64,000 nt of DNA from Thermomicrobiales bacterium (GTDB lineage: Bacteria > Chloroflexota > Chloroflexia > Thermomicrobiales > UBA6265). Positions 49,065-60,723 of the stretch are shown here, piece after piece. The stretch covers positions 10,429-74,428 of the forward strand of contig JAMLHN010000008.1 of the NCBI GenBank assembly GCA_023957115.1, in the 5' to 3' direction. Both the position numbers and the translations under genes were made by a program. Under the pieces are notes generated by a model. That model ran no database searches. It was not told where the DNA came from and saw only the letters and a program-made list of their open reading frames with translations. The stretch's first letter is position 1, and every line of letters begins with the position of its first letter.

Positions 49065-49514
49065 ATGAGTGTTTCCGCGCGGCTCGAAGAGCTTGGCATC
49101 GTGCTTCCAGAACCGGCTCGGCCCGTTGCCACATATGTCCGGTACGTTCAAACTGGAAATCTGCTCTTCATTTCCGGAACTGGTCCGGGACCCGAGATTC
49201 GTCCTGGAAAACTTGGCGCGGACATGACGCTCGAAGAGGGCTACGCGGCCGCGCGGTCCGTTGGGCTCAGCCTCCTGGCGACCGCGCAGGATGTGCTGGG
49301 TGACCTGGACCGTGTGCAGCGGCTGGTCAAGCTCTTGGGGATGGTGAATTCCACGCCCGATTTTGTCGATCATCCGCAGGTGATCAACGGCTGTTCCGAC
49401 TTGTTTGTCGAAGTCTTTGGCGAATCGGGGTATGGTTCACGCTCGGCTGTGGGCTTCGTGTCGCTGCCGCACGGTATCCCGGTCGAAATCGAGTGCACGC
49501 TCGAGGTCAAATAG
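49065..49514 (+). CDS. RidA/YjgF/UK114 family protein
   Basis: The 149-aa product contains LLFISGTG..ARSAVGFVSLPHGIPVEIECTLEV. GAGGAGA lies upstream of the ATG. Confidence 0.8.
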   Translation: MSVSARLEELGIVLPEPARPVATYVRYVQTGNLLFISGTGPGPEIRPGKLGADMTLEEGYAAARSVGLSLLATAQDVLGDLDRVQRLVKLLGMVNSTPDFVDHPQVINGCSDLFVEVFGESGYGSRSAVGFVSLPHGIPVEIECTLEVK

Positions 49515-49567
49515 GCGACCCTCGAATTTTTGCATCCCCGTTTTACTCATTGCAGGAGCTTTGTTCG

Positions 49568-50035
49568 ATGTCTTCTGAACCAGTACCCGTTACCCGTGAG
49601 GGTCTCGAGCGGCTGCGGGAAGAATTGGATCATTTGCGCAACGTTCGTCGACAGGAAATTGCCGAGATCGTCGCTGAAGCCAGATCCCATGGCGATCTTC
49701 GCGAGAACTCGGCATACGATGCCGCCCGGCACGACCAGATGATGAACGAGCGGCGCATTGCCGATTTGGATGCCCTCTTTCGCAATGCGGTCGTCGTCGA
49801 GGACGCTCCGGCGGCCAATGGCGCCGTCGGACTTGGCTCGACCGTAACGATCGATTGGGATGGCGAAGAGGAACGCTACACCATCGTCGGCGCAATCGAG
49901 GCCAAACCAACCGAAGGCAAGATCTCGAATGCCTCGCCGATTGGCGCGGCGCTGCTCGGAAAGCGGCCGGGCCAGACGGCTGAAGTGCCGACCCCGGCCG
50001 GTCCGCAGATGGTTACCATTCTCAAGGTTGAGTGA
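49568..50035 (+). CDS. greA: transcription elongation factor GreA
   Basis: The product contains PVTREGLERLREELDHL...RRQEIAEIVAEARSHGDLRENSAYDAAR..VSNASPIGAALLGKRPG. I chose the ATG at 49568 rather than the longer track ORF. Confidence 0.92.
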   Translation: MSSEPVPVTREGLERLREELDHLRNVRRQEIAEIVAEARSHGDLRENSAYDAARHDQMMNERRIADLDALFRNAVVVEDAPAANGAVGLGSTVTIDWDGEEERYTIVGAIEAKPTEGKISNASPIGAALLGKRPGQTAEVPTPAGPQMVTILKVE

Positions 50036-50065
50036 TTTCGGATCGACCAGCCATCATTGGACACG

Positions 50066-50093
50066 AAAAGGGGCGTCGAAAGCGCCCCTTTTT
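50066..50093. terminator. bidirectional intrinsic terminator between convergent greA and metK
   Basis: AAAA-GGGGCG-tcgaaag-CGCCCC-TTTTT: a 6-bp GC stem flanked by A and T runs, usable on both strands. Confidence 0.7.
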
Positions 50094-50126
50094 CATCCCA
50101 ATCGAGTGGGGACCACGTCGAGGTCG

Positions 50127-51338
50127 CTATGCAATCGCCGCTCGGAGCGCGTCTGCCTTGTCGGTGCGTTCCCAGGGGACGTCGATATCGTCACGACCGA
50201 AGTGGCCATACGCCGCGGTTTGCCGGTAGATCGGCCGGCGGAGATCGAGCGTATCGATGATTGCGGCTGGGCGCAGATCGAAATACTCCCGGACCAGTTT
50301 CGTGAGAACGTCATCCGAGACGACACCCGTTCCATTTGTCTCGACCATGATCGAAACGGGATGGGCGACGCCGATGGCATACGAGATCTGAATTTCGAAC
50401 TGTTCGGCGAGTCCTGCTGCCACGAAGTTTTTGGCGACATACCGAGCGGCGTATGCGCCCGATCGGTCGACCTTCGTCGCGTCCTTTCCAGAGAACGCGC
50501 CTCCCCCGTGGCGAGCCATCCCACCGTAGGTATCCACGATGATCTTGCGGCCCGTCAGCCCAGCATCGGCGATCGGGCCGCCCAGCGTGAAGCGTCCACT
50601 CGGATTCACGAAGTATTTGGTCTTCTTGTCGAGCAGCTCGGGTGGAACGGATTTGCCAATGACAACGTCCAGCACGCCCTCGGAAATCTCCTCGTTGCTG
50701 ACGTATGGCTGGTGCTGGGTCGAGACAACCACCGCATCGACCCGGACCGGCTTGTTGCCCTCGTACTCGACCGTAACCTGGCTCTTGCCGTCCGGGAGCA
50801 GCCAGGGGAGCTCCTCGGTCTTGCGCGCGACCGAAAGCTGCCGCGCGATGCGGTGCGCAAGTGAGATCGGCAATGGCATCAGTTCAGGCGTCTCGTTGCA
50901 CGCATAGCCGATCATCATGCCCTGATCGCCAGCACCAATCTGATCGTACTTGTCGCCCCCGTCTGCGTGGTCGCGAACCTCGAGCGCTGAGCCGACCCCG
51001 CCGGCAATCTCTGAGCTCTGCGCCTTGAGTGAGACCATGACTCCGCAGGTGGCGTGGTCGAATCCATGCGACGAGTCGGAGTAGCCAATGTCTTTGATGA
51101 CACTTCGCACGAGTTCCGGGATCTCGACGTAGGTGCTGGTCGTGATTTCGCCAAACACCATGACCAGCCCAGTGGTCGCGGCCGCTTCACAGGCCACTCG
51201 CCCGCTCGGATCCTCGGTCAGTACCGCGTCGAGAACGGCATCCGAGACCTGATCGCAGAGTTTGTCGGGATGACCTTCGGTCACCGACTCAGATGTGAAA
51301 AAGGTCGATTCAGAGCCGTTAGACGCACCACTCATCAT
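50127..51338 (-). CDS. metK: S-adenosylmethionine synthetase
   Basis: The product contains [55 protein letters not shown]. Confidence 0.96.
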   Translation of the reverse strand: MMSGASNGSESTFFTSESVTEGHPDKLCDQVSDAVLDAVLTEDPSGRVACEAAATTGLVMVFGEITTSTYVEIPELVRSVIKDIGYSDSSHGFDHATCGVMVSLKAQSSEIAGGVGSALEVRDHADGGDKYDQIGAGDQGMMIGYACNETPELMPLPISLAHRIARQLSVARKTEELPWLLPDGKSQVTVEYEGNKPVRVDAVVVSTQHQPYVSNEEISEGVLDVVIGKSVPPELLDKKTKYFVNPSGRFTLGGPIADAGLTGRKIIVDTYGGMARHGGGAFSGKDATKVDRSGAYAARYVAKNFVAAGLAEQFEIQISYAIGVAHPVSIMVETNGTGVVSDDVLTKLVREYFDLRPAAIIDTLDLRRPIYRQTAAYGHFGRDDIDVPWERTDKADALRAAIA

Positions 51339-51381
51339 ATTGTTCCTCTCAACTCGACGTATGCGTTCGACTGCCGCCGGC

Positions 51382-53663
<2,282 letters not shown>

Positions 53664-53813
53664 TACATGCTCCTCGTCGTCCGAAATCGTGGTGGGCACA
53701 GGACGACCGCCACCGTCAGATGGGCGATAGCGGCCGAGGCGAGCATAGCACGCTCGCCCGCCAGGCGACGTAGAGGATTGCCGTTTTCGGATCGACAACT
53801 GGGCAAAATCGCC

Positions 53814-56800
53814 TTATCGAGCGACCGGGCGCAGGGCGATGGCCACCGGCTGGCCGCCAGCTTCGATCGCTGCCGTGTGTGAGCCGTTGCCGGAGCTCGC
53901 TTCGCCGGATTGCAACGATTCCGCCAGCGTCTCGTTTTGAATCAGACCCCCGAATGCCTCAATGGCGGCGGCAACCGCTGCTGGAGCCGTGTAGGCGATT
54001 TCGATACGGTCATCGATCTGGTATCCGGCTGATTTGCGCGCGTCCTGCACCCCTCGGACGAAGTCGCGCGCGATCCCCTCGTGCAGCAGTTCCTCGGTGA
54101 TTTCTGTATCGAGCACGATCGTGCCGATCTCACCCTGGGCCGCCGCATACCCCGGTCGTTTGACGAGATCGACCAGGATCTCCTGGGGCTCGAGCGCGAC
54201 GGTCCAGCCGTCCTTCAATGTGAGTTCCACCGAATTGCCCGCATTGACCGCCTGGGCGACCGCAGCGGGATCCATCGAAGTCAACAGGCCTCGAACCTCA
54301 CCGAGCTGCCGCCCCAGACGTGGACCCAGCACGCTCAGATTCGGCCGAATGCCATAGGAGACGACTTCTCCCAATTCTTCCAGTGGTGCAATCGACTTAA
54401 TGTTCAGCTCGTCGAGAATGAGATCCTGCAGCGCTTCAGCCGCGGCGTACGAATCGGCATCCCGAGTGTAGACGAGGATGCCGGCCAGCGGTTGCCGAAC
54501 CTTGAGGTTCGATTCGGACCGGGCGGACCGTCCCAACGCCACGATCTCCATCGCAACCGCCATATCGCGCGACAGCGTTTCGTCGATCTGCGCAGCATCG
54601 ACCATCGGGAAATCGGTGAGGTGCACCGAGGCCGGCGCCGACGCATCGACGCTCGCCACCAGGTTGCGGTACATCTCGTCGGTCAGGAATGGAATGAACG
54701 GCGCCAGCAACCGGATCGTCGTCACGAGCACGTCGTAGAGCGTGCGGTAGGCGGCTGCCTTGTCCCGGTCGGCTTCGGACTTCCAGAACCGGCGCCGGTT
54801 GCGGCGGATATACCAATTGGAAAGTTCTTCGACGACGAACTTCTCCAGCGCTTGCGCGGCAACCTCCGGGCGGTAGGTGAGCAGTGATTCCCGAACGGTT
54901 TCGATGAGCTGGTTTTGCCGGGAAACGATCCACCGGTCGAGCAACGTCCGCTCTTCGAGCGGTACCTGGCTGGCGGGATCGGTTGGATCGAATCCGTCGA
55001 GCCGCGCGTAGGTCACGAAGAAGGAGTAGGAGTTCCAGAACGGCAGAATGAATTGCCGGCGAATCTCATCGAGCGTTTTGTATCCGAAGTTCAGATTGTG
55101 GCTCGGATTGACCGAGGTATAGAGCCAGCGCATGACATCGACACCGGAGATCTCGGCGGCATCGTCGAACCAGATGGCATTGCCCTTGCTCTTGTGCATC
55201 TCCTCGCCCTTCTCATCGCGCATTAGGGCATAGGAGAAGACGTTGCGGAAGGCGGGCCGGTCGGCGAGCGCGGTGCTCTGGGCGATAACCGAATAGAACC
55301 AATTGCGGAACTGACCGGGAAAGCTCTCGGAAATGAGATCGGCCGGATACCATTTCTCCCAGTACGCCTTGTCCGACCGGTAGCTCAACGTCGAGAACGC
55401 GACGATGCCGGCGTCCAGCCAGGGATTTCCAACATCCTTGATGCGGGACGCGGTCGAACCACACGTCTGACAGGCGATCTTGACGCCGTCGATCCACGGC
55501 CGGTGAGGAGAATGGCCCTCGAATTCGTCCCAGCCCTCGACGGCGCGTGATTTCAGCTCGTCCTCGGAACCGATGACCTCGAAGGCGCCGCATGACTCGC
55601 ATTCGTAGATCGGGAGTGCGAGACCCCAATAGCGCTTCTTGGAGATCATCCAGTCGTCCATATGCGCCAGCCAGTCGAGCTCGCGCTCGCGGCCGAACCC
55701 CGGAACCCAGTTGATCTCTTTCGTCACCCGCATCATCGGCTCGCGCAGCTCGTCCATCGAGATGAACCATTCGTCGACCAGGCGGAATGCGAGATCGGTG
55801 CCGCATCGCCAGCAGACCGGATAGCGGTGGGTGTACTGCTGGCTTCGATAGAGGAAGCCGCGCTTTTCCAAATCGCGCATGATCGGCGTGGCGACATCGT
55901 GGACGTATTGACCCGTCAGCCAGTCGAATCCATCCATATAGATGCCGGACTCGTTCAGCGGCGCGATCACGTCCAGGTCGTTGACTTTCGAGAGCTGGAA
56001 GTCCTCCTTACCGGCGCCCGGAGCGATATGCACTATGCCGGTACCCTCGACTGCGCTGACATCGTCCCAGGGGATCACAACGTGTCGTACCCCGGCGTTG
56101 GCCGGGAAATCGTCATATGGAGCCCGGAAGGTCAGACCAAGCAGCTCTTTCCCGGGAAGCTCGTCCAGAATCTCGTAGTCGCCTTTAATGGCGTTCGAGA
56201 TCGCGTCTTTGCCAACATAGAAAATTCGGTCGCCCTGCCTGAGCCGGACGTAGGTGAGCTCCGTATTGACCGCCGCCGCAACGTTGGCGGCCAGGGTCCA
56301 GGGTGTGGTCGTCCAGACCATAAGCTCTTCGCCCGGACGCTCCACGATTGGATATCCGACGAAGAGTGACAGATGAGTCCGGTCCTGATACCCCTCGGTG
56401 ACGATCTCATGCTCGGAAATGCCGGTCCCGCACCGTGGACACCAAGGCATCGAGTCATGCCCTTTGTAGATCCAACCCCGATCGTGGCACTGCTTCAAAA
56501 AGTGCCAAATCGTGTAGTTGTTCTCGTCGGACATCGTGTAGTACGAATTGTCCCAGTCCATCCAATAGCCGAGCCGGATCGACTGATCGGTGATGCGCTT
56601 CGCGTATTTCCAGACGCGCTCCTTGCAGCGGTTGACGAATTCGGCGATGCCGTAGGTCTCGATGTCGCGCTTCGACTTGAGACCGAGCTCCTTTTCGACC
56701 TCGACTTCGACCCAAAGACCCTGGCAGTCGAATCCGTTCTGGTAGCGTTGCTCCTTGCCGAGCATCGTCTGGAATCGTTGGAACAGGTCCTTGTAGGTAC

Positions 56801-56993
56801 GTCCCCAGCCATGATGGACCCCCATCGGATTGTTGGCGGTGATGGGCCCATCGATGAAGGACCAGGTCTCGGATGCATCCTTGTTTCGGTTCAGGTATGC
56901 CTCCATGATCTCTTCCCGGGTCCACCAGGCAAGGATCTCCCGCTCCATGGCGGGAAAGTCGGGTTTGGATGGAACTTCCTGAAACGATGTCAT
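53814..56993 (-). CDS. ileS: isoleucine--tRNA ligase (long, type 2/eukaryote-like form)
   Basis: The 1059-aa product has a HIGH-region PMGVHHGWGRTYKD, a CP1 editing domain, KMSKS-equivalent EMHKSKGN and a Zn-finger CESCG..CQTCG. Confidence 0.96.
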   Translation of the reverse strand: MTSFQEVPSKPDFPAMEREILAWWTREEIMEAYLNRNKDASETWSFIDGPITANNPMGVHHGWGRTYKDLFQRFQTMLGKEQRYQNGFDCQGLWVEVEVEKELGLKSKRDIETYGIAEFVNRCKERVWKYAKRITDQSIRLGYWMDWDNSYYTMSDENNYTIWHFLKQCHDRGWIYKGHDSMPWCPRCGTGISEHEIVTEGYQDRTHLSLFVGYPIVERPGEELMVWTTTPWTLAANVAAAVNTELTYVRLRQGDRIFYVGKDAISNAIKGDYEILDELPGKELLGLTFRAPYDDFPANAGVRHVVIPWDDVSAVEGTGIVHIAPGAGKEDFQLSKVNDLDVIAPLNESGIYMDGFDWLTGQYVHDVATPIMRDLEKRGFLYRSQQYTHRYPVCWRCGTDLAFRLVDEWFISMDELREPMMRVTKEINWVPGFGRERELDWLAHMDDWMISKKRYWGLALPIYECESCGAFEVIGSEDELKSRAVEGWDEFEGHSPHRPWIDGVKIACQTCGSTASRIKDVGNPWLDAGIVAFSTLSYRSDKAYWEKWYPADLISESFPGQFRNWFYSVIAQSTALADRPAFRNVFSYALMRDEKGEEMHKSKGNAIWFDDAAEISGVDVMRWLYTSVNPSHNLNFGYKTLDEIRRQFILPFWNSYSFFVTYARLDGFDPTDPASQVPLEERTLLDRWIVSRQNQLIETVRESLLTYRPEVAAQALEKFVVEELSNWYIRRNRRRFWKSEADRDKAAAYRTLYDVLVTTIRLLAPFIPFLTDEMYRNLVASVDASAPASVHLTDFPMVDAAQIDETLSRDMAVAMEIVALGRSARSESNLKVRQPLAGILVYTRDADSYAAAEALQDLILDELNIKSIAPLEELGEVVSYGIRPNLSVLGPRLGRQLGEVRGLLTSMDPAAVAQAVNAGNSVELTLKDGWTVALEPQEILVDLVKRPGYAAAQGEIGTIVLDTEITEELLHEGIARDFVRGVQDARKSAGYQIDDRIEIAYTAPAAVAAAIEAFGGLIQNETLAESLQSGEASSGNGSHTAAIEAGGQPVAIALRPVAR

Positions 56994-57189
56994 ACGAACC
57001 TGGACCTCATTCTCGAACGTCGACGATCTGGCGATGTTCCTGATCTATACGGAATCCGTTTTGGTTACTCCGGATGGAGCGGCGTTGATTCGTCGCGCCC
57101 AGCGTTAAAACACTGGGCTAAGTCCCCTTCGTAATCGCCCGGGTTCCGTCTTACTCGTTTTTGGCCGCGCGGTTGCCTGATCGTCTTGG

Positions 57190-57450
57190 CAACAAAAAAA
57201 ACCGTCCTGCGCTGCAAGGACGGTCTGAACCGCGGTACCACCTCGATTGACGATGACATGCATCGCCCACTTGGATTGCCGGGATAACGGCCGGCGACCG
57301 GACTAATTCTCAGGACGAGCCTTCGAATCGCGGCTCAGGGGCGATACTCATCGGACGATCGAACTGCCCGGCTTTCACCCTCCCGAGCTCGCTTGGTCGA
57401 TCGGCTCCGCGGGCATGTTCCCGTCGACGCCTCTTGCTTTCTCGACCAGT
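57190..57450 (-). promoter_or_regulatory. T-box leader (Ile specifier) with intrinsic terminator, upstream of ileS
   Basis: The minus strand has the T-box core AATCGAGGTGGTACCGCG (57231-57248). The terminator is GACCGTCCTTGC-AGC-GCAGGACGG plus a T8 run (57194-57225). GGGTGAAAG is a distal-loop element. GAGT-ATC-G (ATC at 57342-57344) is the candidate specifier. Confidence 0.82.
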
Positions 57451-57476
57451 CAGACTACCACGCATGAGAAACAGAA

Positions 57477-58244
57477 TCAAAGCCGTGGAATCCCGTGTCT
57501 CTCCATCGTTTCGATCAGGCGATCGGGGCGATGGGTAATGATCCCGTCGACGTCCCGCGACAATAGGAGCTCCAGTTCCCGGGCCCGATCGGGAGTCCAG
57601 GCGTAGATCCGATATCCGGCCAAGTGCATCGCTTTGATCAGCGGCGGAACGCAGATGTTGTAGTTGAGCATGAGATCGGTCGCGTTGCAGTACCGGGCAA
57701 GGGCGAGAAGCGGCACGATTTGCAGGCATCCTTCGATCCAGCCGAACAGCCTACGCCATCGGCCGCGCGGGATCCGCGTTGACCACTGCCCCCGACTCAG
57801 TCCAATCCGCATTTCTGGGATCGCCTGGGCAATCGTTCGCAAGGATCGGGCATGGGTGCTGGAGATCGAGACGTCGTCCTCATCGGCACGGATCGCCTTG
57901 ATGGCCACGATGACGTCATCCTCGAGTCCGCGCGGTTTGAGATCGAGCAGAAGCGGCGTCTTCCCCTCAGTGATCGCCAAAAGCTCCTCCAGCTCGATGA
58001 CGAGCGGATCGGTGCGGCGTATCTCGTCGAGCGACAGGCTCCGGACTCGATGGCGTTTTCCCTCGATCTCGATCACCTGATCGTGAACCAGAAAGAGCTT
58101 GCGGTCGGTATCGGCAGTGAGGTCGCATTCGATACGATCGACCCCGAGCTCGAGCGCCTTGCGAAACGACGGCTCCGTATTCGCCGCGTAGAAGCCATCC
58201 GCGCCGGAATGCCCAATGACTTCGCAGGGGCGGGTACGGTTCAT
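57477..58244 (-). CDS. glycerophosphodiester phosphodiesterase (GDPD family)
   Basis: The product contains VIGHSGADGFYAANTEPSFRKALELGVDRIECDL..LLLDLK..IYAWTPD. Confidence 0.85.
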   Translation of the reverse strand: MNRTRPCEVIGHSGADGFYAANTEPSFRKALELGVDRIECDLTADTDRKLFLVHDQVIEIEGKRHRVRSLSLDEIRRTDPLVIELEELLAITEGKTPLLLDLKPRGLEDDVIVAIKAIRADEDDVSISSTHARSLRTIAQAIPEMRIGLSRGQWSTRIPRGRWRRLFGWIEGCLQIVPLLALARYCNATDLMLNYNICVPPLIKAMHLAGYRIYAWTPDRARELELLLSRDVDGIITHRPDRLIETMERHGIPRL

Positions 58245-58882
58245 TGCGCAGCTTGCCGGCTGCGTGCCCGCCTATAGAGTGAGGTCAATCCAATCAGATA
58301 GCTGGTTCCAAGCAAATAGGAGACCGTGACATCGCTGGTGTAATGATGGCCCAGATAGACGCGGCTCGTGCCCACGAGCCCGATCATGCTTCCGAGGGTG
58401 CCCACAACGGCTTTTCGGAGCAGGCTGCATCGGATGTGTGTGTGCGCCAGATAGGCGAAGAAGCCGTAGACACCGGTATAGATGATGACGTGCCCGCTTG
58501 GGAAGCTGCTTCCTCCGAGCCGAGCCTGGGTCACCACGATCTCGGGGTGACTCGGCCGCGGGCGTTTCATCGTTCGCTTGATCCCACCGGAGATTGCGCC
58601 GGTTCCCCAGCCCATGAGTTGAAAGAATGCCTCCGTCGGCCGTCCCCCGCTCAGAATTGCCGTTGGAATGAGTACGGGAAGGATCTTGCTTTGCGGCGGG
58701 AAGCCTGCCCACGATACGGCATGCATGAGGGGATCGAATCCCGGTGCATCTATCTTCTGAATTCGACGTGTGGCTGCCTCGTCGAGCTCTTGCGTCTTGC
58801 CGGACTTCACGCCGGCGGCAATCAGTGCCGATGTGGTAATTGCTCCAGCGACATAGGCGAGCTTCAGGATTCGACGTGCCAT
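58241..58882 (-). CDS. PAP2-superfamily phosphatase (membrane)
   Basis: The motifs KRTMKRPRP, SFPSGH and SRVYLGHHYTSD (KX6RP/PSGH/SRX5HX3D) are present. The ATG at 58882 is preceded by GAGAGGG. The stop overlaps the GDPD start (ATGA). Confidence 0.85.
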   Translation of the reverse strand: MARRILKLAYVAGAITTSALIAAGVKSGKTQELDEAATRRIQKIDAPGFDPLMHAVSWAGFPPQSKILPVLIPTAILSGGRPTEAFFQLMGWGTGAISGGIKRTMKRPRPSHPEIVVTQARLGGSSFPSGHVIIYTGVYGFFAYLAHTHIRCSLLRKAVVGTLGSMIGLVGTSRVYLGHHYTSDVTVSYLLGTSYLIGLTSLYRRARSRQAAQ

Positions 58883-58978
58883 GGACCCTCTCGGCTCGCG
58901 ATGCGAGCGTTCACAAGCGGACGAATAGATTCGAGCGAATTCTAGCGATAGTCTCGTCATTCGCAGTAGAGTTTTGTC

Positions 58979-59829
58979 ATGACATTCATGCCCGCCCCAC
59001 CAGGTATCGATTCGCAAGCCGCCTCAACGCCCAGTACCGAGCCGTTCTACCGCCGGCATCTTGTAGCGCTTGTTGTCTTTTTCGCCGGTATGGGCTTTTT
59101 GGCCGCGCCCTGGCCCTTCGAGACAAAAGCTCATGCGGTGATGCATGGATTGTGTGCGCAGACGCCGAGCCATTCCTTCTATTTTCAGGGATTGGTGCTT
59201 CCCTTCGACGGGCGCATGACCGGGATCTATGGAGGAGTTCTCTCAGCGTTTCTCATTCTGCTGGCGCTCGGACGTCATCGCGCGGCGGGGTTGCCATCTA
59301 GCGGCTCATTGGTCATCCTGCTCCTCTTTGTCGTCGCGATGGCAGTCGACGGGTTCAACTCGCTCTTGACTGACCTCCAACGCTGGCATCCGTATCAGCC
59401 GTCGAACGAGCTCAGGCTGTTGACCGGCTGGATGGCGGGAGTCGCGATCGGTACCGTTGTGGTGATGCTCGTGGGAATGACGTTTTGGCGTTCTCCCCGG
59501 GTCTCCCAGCGAGTCGTTTCGCATTGGTGGCTACCGATCCTGATGGTGCTGCCGAATCATTCCCATCCGACTGCTGATCGAAACGGGATCGCTGCTCGTC
59601 TACTACCCGTTTTTCCTTCTTGCTCATGGCGTCCGCGGTGATCGTGTTTACCACACTGGTCCTGGTGACGATACTCATGCTGCTGAACCGGGAGAACCAG
59701 ATCGACCGGTTCGTGCAAGTGAAACCACTTGCCGCTCTGAGCATCGTCGTGGCCATCGCAATCATCCTGGCGATTGGTGGCGCGCGTTTCTGGCTGGAGG
59801 CGGTGACGAACGCTCCGGCGCTCGTTTAG
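58979..59829 (+). pseudogene. DUF2085-like polytopic membrane protein, two frameshifts in the 3' third
   Basis: HGLCAQTPSHSFYFQGLVLPFDGRMTGIYGG resembles the DUF2085 signature with its cysteines replaced. The frame changes near 59551-59556 and again near 59610-59616 (T5/CC run). The intermediate frame reads IIPIRLLIETGSLLVYYPFF. The last frame equals track ORF 59620..59829 (TM-rich). Confidence 0.6.
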
Positions 59830-59846
59830 GTCGCCAAATACCCCTA

Positions 59847-59855
59847 TGCTAGAAT
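59847..59855 (+). promoter_or_regulatory. candidate extended -10 promoter (TGcTAGAAT) for the NERD gene
   Basis: TGCTAGAAT lies about 80 nt upstream of the ATG at 59934. Confidence 0.3.
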
Positions 59856-59933
59856 CCCGTCCGTCGGCCGGTCGCGGGGAGTGATCGTGCATGGGCGCGG
59901 CTATCCACCAACGGACGAGACCACACCTTTATC

Positions 59934-60721
59934 ATGCGAATCTATCGAAATACGGGCTATATCGATTCGGCAAAGCGGCGAACCAAGCTCATGGCCCTCG
60001 GTGGGTTTCTGCTCCTGATCGCAACCTTTCCGGTTGCGTTCTTTATGAGTAGCCGCAGCAATAACTTCATTTTTATTACCTACATCTTTCTCATCATTGG
60101 ATTCATCCTGTTCAACCGCGGTATGCAGGGAATCGGCAGGTGGGGCAACAACGCACGCCATATGCGTGAGGACTTCGCGCTCGATAATGAGCTGAAACCG
60201 CTTTCAGATCGATACGCGCTTGCTGATCCACTATGGTCGCCCGGACAACAAGGTCATCGATCATGCGCTCGATGCATCCGGGCGGTGTGTTGGTGATTAC
60301 CACCAGGGATTTCCCGGGGCAGGTCACCGTCAACAACGACGTCTGGCGCAAAGGCGGTTCGGTATTGGGGCGGATGTTTGCCTTCAGTGGGCCGCAGGTG
60401 GGCAACCCCACCAAAGACACGAGCAGTGCGCTCGATAACGTCGAAGCTGCGTTGCGGACGGCCGATCTCGAAGCCGATATCGAGGCCGTTATCGTGTTCA
60501 CGGCGCCGACCGCGGAGATCGAAGTCGACGGCTCGAGCGATCCCGTCATTCCGGTCGAAGAGCTAGAAGCGTATGTGCGCGATCTCGAACCCGAGGTCGA
60601 GCTGACGAACGACGAGCGCGAAGCGATTGTCACGCTTCTGAGTCGTGGTGAGCAGGTCGAAGCGCCGGTCAAGACCACGACTCGACGCCCTGTCAAAGTC
60701 AAGAAGCGGGCAGCATCTTGA
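59934..60721 (+). pseudogene. membrane-anchored NERD-domain protein, two frameshifts
   Basis: There are two N-terminal TM helices (LMALGGFLLLIATFPVAFF and FIFITYIFLIIGFILF). The NERD core is split over three frames: ..LSDRYAL / LIHYGRPDNKVIDHAL / MHPGGVLVITTRDFPGQVTVNNDVWRKGG. The shifts are near 60217-60222 and 60268-60272. Confidence 0.7.
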
Positions 60722-60723
60722 CG

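Noticed and set aside
53664-53813. A possible SAH or SAM riboswitch ahead of the adenosine kinase-ahcY-metK operon.
   Set aside because: I could not find the conserved SAH-riboswitch or SAM-I core sequences by eye; only a simple GC hairpin is present. A covariance-model scan would be needed to overturn this.
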